Below are positions 18,658 to 26,386 of a DNA stretch of 64,000 nucleotides, piece by piece (the stretch's first letter is position 1; every line of letters starts with the position of its first letter). This DNA comes from an uncultured Actinomycetes bacterium (GTDB lineage Bacteria; Actinomycetota; UBA4738; HRBIN12): NCBI GenBank assembly GCA_963821935.1, contig CAWGFM010000005.1, positions 453,129 to 517,128 on the forward strand, written 5' to 3'. The translations under genes were made by a program, and so were the position numbers. Under the pieces are notes generated by a model, which saw only the letters and a program-made list of their open reading frames with translations, ran no database searches and was not told the origin of the DNA.

Positions 18658-18818
18658 GCGTCCTCCTTGATCGGCGACGCTCCTGAGATTGATCCGATCG
18701 GCCTTCGATTGCCTGTGATGTGCGCACATTCTCCCCAGATCCCCGCGGACCTGTTGCATGTCAGACCCTTGAATCACACTAGTGTAACTCCCTCTCCCGA
18801 CCCCATCGGGAGGTACAC

Positions 18819-19049
18819 ATGCAGGACGCTCGTAGGTTCAGGGATGCGCGGGACGCCGCCGAGCTTTCGCTCGGCGGCGCCGTCGCGAACATCCGAGCGG
18901 CACGCCAACAGCTCGACCGGCTCGCCGAGCTCGTCCCCGACCGGTCCGAGGTGGACGGGCTGCGTGGCATCGCCACGATGATCGCCTACTCGATCGAGGG
19001 GCTGGTCGTGGCCGTCGGCCGGATCACGCCCGACGGGTCCCGGTCCTAG
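18819..19049 (+). CDS. Hypothetical small protein (76 aa)
   Basis: ORF only. Confidence 0.3.
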   Translation: MQDARRFRDARDAAELSLGGAVANIRAARQQLDRLAELVPDRSEVDGLRGIATMIAYSIEGLVVAVGRITPDGSRS

Positions 19050-19231
19050 GCGCTCGGCTCGTACTCCTGGGCGTGCTCGTCACGGTCGATGGCGACGGTG
19101 CGCTCCATGATGTCGAGCGTCTCCGCCACCGACTGACCGTTCTCGTCGGCCGCGGCCTTCACGTCCTCGTACCGGATGTTGTGCTCGCCCATCTGCAGGT
19201 GAGCCTTCATGCATCCACAGGTCAGGCACAT
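19046..19231 (-). CDS. Small Cys-rich protein (MCLTCGCMKAH..., 61 aa), putative metal-binding
   Basis: CxxCGC N-terminus. Confidence 0.4.
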   Translation of the reverse strand: MCLTCGCMKAHLQMGEHNIRYEDVKAAADENGQSVAETLDIMERTVAIDRDEHAQEYEPSA

Positions 19232-19291
19232 GATCGTCTCCTTCCGTCGACCGAAGTGTCGATCGAGTTCATCGTGAACGGTGGGCGTCGG

Positions 19292-19738
19292 TCAAGCCGC
19301 TGCTTCGCGCCGCGAGATGCCGGTCGCCAGGCGAGCGAGCGCCAGAGCGGCCAGTGCCAGCCCGAAGTCGCGCAGGGCGATGTCGTAGAAGCGCGGTGGG
19401 TCGACCGTGAGCAGGTTGACGATGATGCCGCCGAGCCACGCCGCCACCAGGTAGCCGCCGAACACCGGCCGCACCGCCACCACGATGCCCGCCAGGATCT
19501 CGATCACGCCGACCGCGTACATGAACGCCTGGGCGTCGCCTGGGACGATCCGGTCGAGCCACGGCGCCAGGTAGACGGGCCAGTCCACCATGACGTTGAA
19601 GAACTTGTCCAAGCCGAACAGGATCGGCGCGACCGTGAACCCCGTCCGCAGGATCCAGAACGCCTGGTCCACCGGATCGGCCGTGCGCATCGCACTCCCC
19701 GCCCTCGCATGACTCGTCGTCTCTGTGACCGCCATCAC
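19292..19738 (-). CDS. DoxX-family membrane protein
   Basis: Four TM segments with a DoxX-like pattern. Paired with the following HTH regulator, as is common. Confidence 0.55.
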   Translation of the reverse strand: MMAVTETTSHARAGSAMRTADPVDQAFWILRTGFTVAPILFGLDKFFNVMVDWPVYLAPWLDRIVPGDAQAFMYAVGVIEILAGIVVAVRPVFGGYLVAAWLGGIIVNLLTVDPPRFYDIALRDFGLALAALALARLATGISRREAAA

Positions 19739-19902
19739 GATCCCCTCCTTCTAAGACTCATCTCTGTTGGTCTTAGACTGAGATTGATACACCTCACATG
19801 GCGTCGGCGTCAAGGATATTTCGCTAGGAAGTTTGAGCGTTAGATACCGTTGGCATGCGCATCGTCTCATTCCACCTATAGATCTTGGTGTAGTTTGAGA
19901 CC

Positions 19903-20619
19903 ATGCTCGAGAGACTCGAACGAGACGTCGCGCCGGTAGCAGCGCTCGATGACGACCTGCGGCGGCGGATGTATCTGTTCATCCGAGAGCATGGACGGCC
20001 GGCGTCGCGCGAGGAGGTCGCTTCGGTGGTCGGCATCTCCAGGAAGCTCGCCGCTTTCCATCTGGACAAGCTGGTGGAACGCGGCCTCTTGGTCGCCACC
20101 TACGCCCGTCCCCCCGGACGCTCGGGGCGCGGGGCAGGACGCAGCGCCAAGTACTACGAGCCCTCCGATAGGCAGCTCGACATCTCGATCCCCGAACGCA
20201 ACTACGACGTCATCGGCTCGATCCTGGTCGACGCGATCGCGGAGCAGCAGCCGGGCGAGCCTGCCGACTCGGCGGCACGGCGCGTAGCCCACGACACCGG
20301 CACGCGGATCGGGCACGACGAGCGAGAGCGACTCCGCCTGCCGCCTCCCGGCACCGAGCGAGCGATGTCGGTCATCGCGCACCTGCTCGCCGCATATGGG
20401 TACGAGCCCGCGATCGACGACGATGGATCGATGGCCCTGCGGAGCTGTCCGTTCGACGCTCTCGCGCAGCAGAACCGAGACATCGTCTGCGGCCTCAACC
20501 GTGAGCTCGTCGCCGGGGTGGTGGACGGCATCGGGAACCGGACCCTGGAGACGGTGCTCGCACCGACCCCGGACCGGTGCTGCGTGCAACTGCGCCCGAC
20601 GTCCCGGGCGACGGAGTAG
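19903..20619 (+). CDS. Winged-helix (ArsR/MarR-like) transcriptional regulator
   Basis: N-terminal wHTH (RRRMYLFIREHGRPASREEVASVVGISRKLAAFHLDKLVERGLL). Confidence 0.65.
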   Translation: MLERLERDVAPVAALDDDLRRRMYLFIREHGRPASREEVASVVGISRKLAAFHLDKLVERGLLVATYARPPGRSGRGAGRSAKYYEPSDRQLDISIPERNYDVIGSILVDAIAEQQPGEPADSAARRVAHDTGTRIGHDERERLRLPPPGTERAMSVIAHLLAAYGYEPAIDDDGSMALRSCPFDALAQQNRDIVCGLNRELVAGVVDGIGNRTLETVLAPTPDRCCVQLRPTSRATE

Positions 20620-20783
20620 CGTTCTCGAAGCTCACCCTTACCTCCTGGCGGGCTCGCGCGCGACGCCGACCCTCGACCGCATGCGGGAGTGGCTCGTCAC
20701 GAAGGCCACGACCCTCATCGCGGGCCTGTTCGCCGTGTTGGGTCTGATCCTGCTCGCCGACGGGATCTCGACCGTGCTCTGAG

Positions 20784-21167
20784 TCAGGGCCGGTCGAGCA
20801 CGGACAGGATGTTGCCGGCTGGGTCCTTGAACCAAGCGATCGTGGGGCCGCCGCCGCCGCTGGCGATGCCCTTCTCGTCCTGGTCGAAGCCCTCGTAGCG
20901 CTCGAACACGACGCCTCGAGCCGTGAGCTCGTCGACGGTGGCCTCCACATCCTCGACCGGGAAGTTCAAGATCGTGTAGGTGGCGGGCTCGAAGTCGGGC
21001 TTGGGATACACGAAGGTGTCGCGGTCCCCCGCCAGGTGCAGCGTGAGCAGACCGTCCGTGACGTCGTGCAAGGTCGTGCGCAGGCCGAGCGTCTGGGCGT
21101 AGAACTCGTTCGCCTTCTGCAGGTCGTCGACCGCGAACCCGCTGAATGCCTTCGAATCGGTCAGCAT
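20784..21167 (-). CDS. VOC/glyoxalase-family protein
   Basis: 127-aa protein, start trimmed to MLTDSKAFSGF with an RBS. Glyoxalase-like fold signature. Confidence 0.6.
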   Translation of the reverse strand: MLTDSKAFSGFAVDDLQKANEFYAQTLGLRTTLHDVTDGLLTLHLAGDRDTFVYPKPDFEPATYTILNFPVEDVEATVDELTARGVVFERYEGFDQDEKGIASGGGGPTIAWFKDPAGNILSVLDRP

Positions 21168-21442
21168 CGTCTTCTCCTCTCGTCGTGTCATCCTTCCCCT
21201 AGGACGGAACCGAACGCCTGAACTCATCGGTCGGTCCGGCTTGCACCTATCCGAGACGTTCGCTAGCGTGGAGTCAAGGCGCCTGTTCCGCGCCCAACCC
21301 TCGGTTCCGGCGCTCACGCCGCCGGCCATGCGGGGGCAAAGGGGACCTCGAGCCCTCGGAGCGGCCGGTCGACGTGCTGCCCTATCCGGTGGGGGCATCG
21401 TGAGCGTGAGTCGCGACGCCGCCGCCATGATGGGAGCACGAG

Positions 21443-22114
21443 ATGACCAAGCAGAAGTCCTTCAAGCTCCTCGTCCGTTCACGCATGGCCAAGACGGGTG
21501 AGAGCTACACCTCGGCGCGCGCCGCCTTGTTGAACGGAGCGGGCACGCCCGCCACCGACGACGTCAAGCCACCGCTCCCCGTCTCGGACGAGTCGATCCG
21601 TGAACGCACCGGCAGAGGGTGGGAGGAGTGGTTCGACGCGCTCGACGAGTGGGGCGCTCCGGACCGCCCGCGGCGCGACATCGCGAGATGGATCGCCGAG
21701 CAACTCACGATCGAGCCGTTGGGTTGGAACGCCCAGGCGATCACCATGAGCTACGAGCGGGCCCGACGCGGCCGCGCGGTCGGCGAGCACCCAGACGGCT
21801 TCCGCGCCGGTGTCACGAAGACCGTTGCGGTGCCGGTCGATCGGCTGTTCGACGCGTTCGTCGACGCCGCCGAGCGCACGCGATGGATCGCGGACGGACA
21901 ACTTCGGGAACGCACCGCGACCAGGCCCAAGACCGCACATTTCGACTGGGACGATGGCCCTTCCCGTGTCCACGTCACGTTCGTCGCCAGGGACGCGGAG
22001 AAGAGCACCGCGACCATCTCCCACGAGCGTCTCACCGACGCGAAGGAGCGCGATCGCATGAAGCGATACTGGAACGAGCGAACCAACGCCCTACAGAAGG
22101 AGCTAGAACGATGA
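21443..22114 (+). CDS. Hypothetical protein
   Basis: 223 aa. N-terminus KQKSFKLLVRSRMAKTGESYTSARAALL resembles a conserved actinobacterial family. No confident function. Confidence 0.5.
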   Translation: MTKQKSFKLLVRSRMAKTGESYTSARAALLNGAGTPATDDVKPPLPVSDESIRERTGRGWEEWFDALDEWGAPDRPRRDIARWIAEQLTIEPLGWNAQAITMSYERARRGRAVGEHPDGFRAGVTKTVAVPVDRLFDAFVDAAERTRWIADGQLRERTATRPKTAHFDWDDGPSRVHVTFVARDAEKSTATISHERLTDAKERDRMKRYWNERTNALQKELER

Positions 22115-22494
22115 CCGAAGCCGCGAGCACGACCCGCATCACCCACATCGGCACCGTGGTCCTTCCCGTCGCCGACCAAGACCGAGCCCTCAAGTTCTAC
22201 GTGGGTACGCTCGGTTTCGAAACGAGGATGGACGGCTCCTTCGGCGAAGGACAGCGGTGGATCGAGGTGGCGCCGCCCGGAGCGCAGACCACGATCGCAT
22301 TGGTCCCGCAGGGATCGTCCAGCGGCATCGAGGTGAGCTTCGCCACCGCGGACGCCGAGGCGGACCATGCGACGCTGCGTGCCGGGGACGTCGATGCCGA
22401 TGCAGAGCTGATCCGCATGGGCGAGTATGTGCCGCCGATGTTCACGTTCCGCGACCCCGACGGCACCCCGTTCCGCGTGGTCGAACGCGACTGA
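22111..22494 (+). CDS. VOC/glyoxalase-family protein
   Basis: ITHIGTVVLPVADQDRALKFYVGTLGFE is a glyoxalase-type N-terminus. ATGA overlap with the upstream gene. Confidence 0.65.
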   Translation: MTEAASTTRITHIGTVVLPVADQDRALKFYVGTLGFETRMDGSFGEGQRWIEVAPPGAQTTIALVPQGSSSGIEVSFATADAEADHATLRAGDVDADAELIRMGEYVPPMFTFRDPDGTPFRVVERD

Positions 22495-22502
22495 GGAGCG
22501 AC

Positions 22503-23702
22503 GTGCCTGAGAGCTGGATCGACCTGGGGCTGATGACGGGCTCCCCGCCTGATCCGGCGAAGGTCGTGACGTTCGCGAACTGGGACAAGGGGCCGCACCA
22601 GCGCTGGTCGTTCCTCCACATCCGCGAACTCGCGCCGACCGCCCGGGTGGCCCGTGGAGATCGCGTGTCGCCGCTGCCACGAGCCATCCGAGATCTGTCG
22701 GGGTTTGCGTTCCGCCACCGCGGTCGAGATCACACCCTCGGCGGGATGATGGAGGAGACCTACGTCGACGGCCTCATGGTCGTGCGGGATAGCCAGGTGG
22801 TGTTCGAGCACTACGTCGACGGCATGACTCCGTCGACGACACACATCCTGCAGTCGGTCTCCAAGTCCTTGACGGCGACGCTGACCGGCGTGCTGGTGGA
22901 CCAGGGGCGCTTCGACCTGCATACGACCGTGCCGGACCACATCGAGGAGCTCCGCGGCACCTGTTGGGACGGCTGCACGATGCAGCACCTGTTGGACATG
23001 CGTGCCGGCACGGCGTTCGACGAGTCCGACTACGAGGATGAAGGATCGGAGTCCTTCCGTGGTTTCCGGATCCTTGGGTGGCTCCCCCGGCGGCCGGACG
23101 ATCCCACGCCGCACGGCTACATCGCGCAGATGCAGAACGACAGCGAACACGGAGGCGACTTCGAGTACCGCTCGATCCTGACCGACATGCTGGGCTGGTG
23201 CATGGAGCGCGCGACCGGGCGAGCCCTCGCGGAACTGTTCTCCGACGAAGTGTGGGCGCCGATGGGTGCCGCCCAGGACGCCGACTTCATGGTCGGACCG
23301 GCCGGCTTCCCCCTTGCCGATGGCGGCTTCTGCGTGACGCTGCAGGACCTGGCTCGGTTCGGCCAGATGTACCTGCAAGGGGGGGAGATCGACGGCCGGC
23401 AGGTGGTGCCAGCACGCTGGGTCGGCAGGTTGCGAAGCACCGATGAGGAACTCGTGAGCGCGTTCGCCTCCTCGCCGGAGGCCCCCGGCTTCCCGAAGGG
23501 CGCGTTCTATCACGACCAGTGGTGGGTGCGGGATGCCGAGGCGGGCGTCTATTCCGGCTACGGCATCAATGGGCAGCAGGTCCTGGTGCACCACCCGTCG
23601 CGAACGGTCATCGCGCGCCTCTCCAGCTGGCCGCGTCCCTGGATCGACGAGTATGCCGAACTCGCCGACGCGGGGCTGCTCGCCCTGTGTGAGTGGCTGT
23701 GA
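22503..23702 (+). CDS. Serine hydrolase, beta-lactamase/transpeptidase-like (class C beta-lactamase-related)
   Basis: SxxK motif (SVSKS) and overall family resemblance. Start uncertain (GTG 22503 or ATG 22543). Confidence 0.65.
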   Translation: MPESWIDLGLMTGSPPDPAKVVTFANWDKGPHQRWSFLHIRELAPTARVARGDRVSPLPRAIRDLSGFAFRHRGRDHTLGGMMEETYVDGLMVVRDSQVVFEHYVDGMTPSTTHILQSVSKSLTATLTGVLVDQGRFDLHTTVPDHIEELRGTCWDGCTMQHLLDMRAGTAFDESDYEDEGSESFRGFRILGWLPRRPDDPTPHGYIAQMQNDSEHGGDFEYRSILTDMLGWCMERATGRALAELFSDEVWAPMGAAQDADFMVGPAGFPLADGGFCVTLQDLARFGQMYLQGGEIDGRQVVPARWVGRLRSTDEELVSAFASSPEAPGFPKGAFYHDQWWVRDAEAGVYSGYGINGQQVLVHHPSRTVIARLSSWPRPWIDEYAELADAGLLALCEWL

Positions 23703-24733
23703 CGCGCTGGATCTTCCACGTCGACATGGACGAGTTCATCGCCGCAGTGGAGGTACTGCGGCGCCCTGAGCTGCGCGGGAAGCCGGTGATCGTGGGCGGG
23801 GACGGCGACCCCACGAAACGCGGCGTCGTCTCCACGGCGTCCTACGAGGCTCGGGAGTTCGGCGTGCGATCGGGCATGCCGCTGCGAACGGCGCTGAAGC
23901 GATGTCCCGACGGCGTGTTCCTGGCGGTCGACGCCGACCACTATCTGGAGGCGAGCGGGCGCGTGATGGAGACACTGCGATCGTTCCCGGCGGTCGTGCA
24001 GACGCTCGGGTGGGACGAGGCGTTCATGGCGGTCGAGACCGACGACCCCGAGGCGCTGGCAGCCGACGTGCAACGATCTGTGCTCGAGCGGACCGACCTG
24101 TGGTGCTCGATCGGGGTCGGCGACTCGAAGCATCGTGCCAAGCTCGCGAGCGCGTTCGCGAAGCCACGAGGGGTGTTCCGCCTGACACGCGACGAGTGGC
24201 CGGCGCTCATGGGACCGCGTCCCGTCGAGGCGCTGTGGGGCATCGGCGCCAAGACCGCCGCCAAGCTCAACGAGCTCGGCATCGATACGGTCGAGGAGCT
24301 CGAGCACGCCGACGACGAGGTGCTCGCCGCGCGCTTCGGGCCCAACACGGGCCCGTGGATACGGAGTCTCGGGACGGGAGAGGACGACGGCCGGATCAGT
24401 GCCGAGCCCTACGTGCCGCGTGGCCGCAGCCACGAGCGGACGTTCCAGCAGGACCTGACCGACCCCGACCACATCCGGAGCGAAACCGAACGCATCGCGC
24501 GAGAGCTCGTGGCCGACCTCCCCCAGGGTCGAGCGGTCGTGAGGGTCACCGTGAAGGTGCGGTTCGCGCCGTTCTTCACCTCCACCCACGGGATGAAGCT
24601 GGCAGAGGCCACCACCGACACGGAGCGCATCATCGAGGCCACGCTCGTCGCCCTCGGCCGCTTCGAGATGGATCGCCCGGTCCGGCTGCTCGGCGTGCGA
24701 GCCGAGTTCGACCCGGCCGATCAGACCACGTAG
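23693..24733 (+). CDS. dinB: DNA polymerase IV (Y-family, DinB)
   Basis: IFHVDMDEFIAAVE N-terminus, and YEAREFGV...GIGAKTAAKLNELGIDTV. GTG start overlaps the upstream stop. Confidence 0.85.
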   Translation: MAVTRWIFHVDMDEFIAAVEVLRRPELRGKPVIVGGDGDPTKRGVVSTASYEAREFGVRSGMPLRTALKRCPDGVFLAVDADHYLEASGRVMETLRSFPAVVQTLGWDEAFMAVETDDPEALAADVQRSVLERTDLWCSIGVGDSKHRAKLASAFAKPRGVFRLTRDEWPALMGPRPVEALWGIGAKTAAKLNELGIDTVEELEHADDEVLAARFGPNTGPWIRSLGTGEDDGRISAEPYVPRGRSHERTFQQDLTDPDHIRSETERIARELVADLPQGRAVVRVTVKVRFAPFFTSTHGMKLAEATTDTERIIEATLVALGRFEMDRPVRLLGVRAEFDPADQTT

Positions 24734-25011
24734 ACGCAGCCGTTCCAGAGCGCGGCGACACGCCTCCGGATGCGGCCTCGAACCTGCAGGGTCAGCGTCT
24801 TCGGCAGCCGCATCGCCGTCGGGACGAACACCAAGAAGCCGTAGCTTTCGATGCGTCGCCAGTCCAGAGCATCGTCGGGAGGATCGGTGGTGGTCTCGAG
24901 CATCGTCACGCCGCCACCGGGCCAGGCCGCCGAACGACGGGCACGCACGAAGAGCAATCCACCCCGCTCACGGATGAAGGATCTGACCTCCGGCGCTGCT
25001 TCGATCTCCAT
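24721..25011 (-). CDS. Hypothetical protein (96 aa)
   Basis: ORF only. Confidence 0.3.
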   Translation of the reverse strand: MEIEAAPEVRSFIRERGGLLFVRARRSAAWPGGGVTMLETTTDPPDDALDWRRIESYGFLVFVPTAMRLPKTLTLQVRGRIRRRVAALWNGCVYVV

Positions 25012-25135
25012 GTAACACCATCTTCGGCAAGGACTTGAGCTTCGAGAACCCCCGCACCCGGTTTGCCCAGCTTCAGACGCGATCCTGGGCGCCCACGAGG
25101 GGCAAGGACCAGCGAGGAGCCACGGCCAAGGACCG

Positions 25136-25516
25136 TCAGCGCTCGACCAGGGAATCGCGGATCTCGGTGAGGAGTTGGATCTCGGTCACGGCCGGAGCTT
25201 CCTCTTCGGCTTCCTTCTTCGCGATCACGCGGTTGGCGGCCTTCACGATGAGGAACAGCACGAACGCGACCAGCAGGAAGTTCACGAGGGCGGTGATGAC
25301 CGTGCCGATGAGGATGTCGGTGGCGTCCGGACCGCTGCCGATCGTCCACACGATGTCGTCGAACGTGGGCTCGCCCACGATGGCCGCGATCAGTGGCATC
25401 ACGAGGCCGTTGATGAACGCGTTCACGAGCGCGGTGAACGCCAACGCGAGCACCAGCCCCACCGCGATCTCGAGCAGATTGCCCTTGAGCGCGAACTCCT
25501 TGAACTCCTTCAGCAT
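25136..25516 (-). CDS. mscL: Large-conductance mechanosensitive channel
   Basis: MLKEFKEFALKGNLLEIAVGLVLALAFTALVNAF is the canonical MscL N-terminus. 126 aa. Confidence 0.9.
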   Translation of the reverse strand: MLKEFKEFALKGNLLEIAVGLVLALAFTALVNAFINGLVMPLIAAIVGEPTFDDIVWTIGSGPDATDILIGTVITALVNFLLVAFVLFLIVKAANRVIAKKEAEEEAPAVTEIQLLTEIRDSLVER

Positions 25517-25528
25517 CTGTGGTCCCCC

Positions 25529-26386
25529 TCAGTCGACCCTGCGTTGGGCGTTGCCGGCGATCTTGGTGGACATGGTCCGAGGCATGAGCCGGCTGCCCAG
25601 CACGAACACCTTGCTGGTGGTGCCGGTCACCAGGTACGGGCGCCCCTTCTTCATGGCGGCATAGCCCGCGTCGACGACGTCCTCGGCAGAGTCCAGTCCC
25701 GATCGGATGAGGGCGGAATCCATCATGTCGGCCCGAGTCTGGAACCCGGTGGCAGTGGGTCCCGGGCACAGCGTCGTGACGGTGACACCGGTGCCCTGCA
25801 CCTCCTGGTGCAACGCCAAGCCCAGCGACAGCACGTACGCTTTGGTCGCGGCGTAGGCAGCCGTCATGGGGGCCGCCGCGAACGAGCCCACGGAGCCCAG
25901 GAGCAGCAACCGGCCCCACCGGCGTTCGATCATGGGAGGAAGGCACGCGCGCGCCAGCTCGGTCATGGCCACCACGTTCACCATGAGCATCATGGTCGTG
26001 GTCGCCTCGTCGGTCTCGGCGAACGGCCCGTAGGTGGAGAAGCCGGCGTTGTTCACCAGCGCGTCGACCGTGAGGCTGCGCTCTGCCAACTCCCCCATCA
26101 GCGATGCGGCCGATCCCGGCGCCGATAGGTCGTGAGCGATCACGGTGGCGGTCACGTTGCTCCGCGTGCGGATGCGTTCGGCGATGCGTTCCATGGGCTC
26201 GACGCTTCGTGCGGCGAGCACCACGTCGAACCCCTCACCCGCGAACCGTTCCGCGAACAACTCCCCGAATCCGCTGGACGCGCCGGTGATCAGCGCGGTC
26301 CGGCGAGTGGTGGATCCGGGGGCAAGCCCCGGCCCACGTTGGGGGGCCGTGGACGAGGCCCGGCCGACATCGGAGTCTTCGGTCAT
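25529..26386 (-). CDS. SDR-family oxidoreductase
   Basis: Rossmann motif ALITGASSGFG. Start trimmed to ATG 26386 (MTEDSD...), which overlaps the glnE stop (ATGA). Carries a 25-aa low-complexity N-terminal leader. Confidence 0.7.
   Translation of the reverse strand: MTEDSDVGRASSTAPQRGPGLAPGSTTRRTALITGASSGFGELFAERFAGEGFDVVLAARSVEPMERIAERIRTRSNVTATVIAHDLSAPGSAASLMGELAERSLTVDALVNNAGFSTYGPFAETDEATTTMMLMVNVVAMTELARACLPPMIERRWGRLLLLGSVGSFAAAPMTAAYAATKAYVLSLGLALHQEVQGTGVTVTTLCPGPTATGFQTRADMMDSALIRSGLDSAEDVVDAGYAAMKKGRPYLVTGTTSKVFVLGSRLMPRTMSTKIAGNAQRRVD
26316..26332. terminator. GC hairpin CCGGGG-GCAAG-CCCCGG (CUUG loop on the glnE transcript strand) about 50 nt downstream of the glnE stop, inside the annotated 5' end of the SDR gene
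   Basis: Hairpin family member. Confidence 0.35.

Larger units (their letters stand above)
16860..18800. other. Low-GC (~55%) islet in a ~70% GC background (putative horizontally acquired defence islet)
   Basis: Visible compositional drop. Carries the Mrr-core nuclease gene and a small ORF. Palindromes follow at 18690-18790. Confidence 0.55.
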
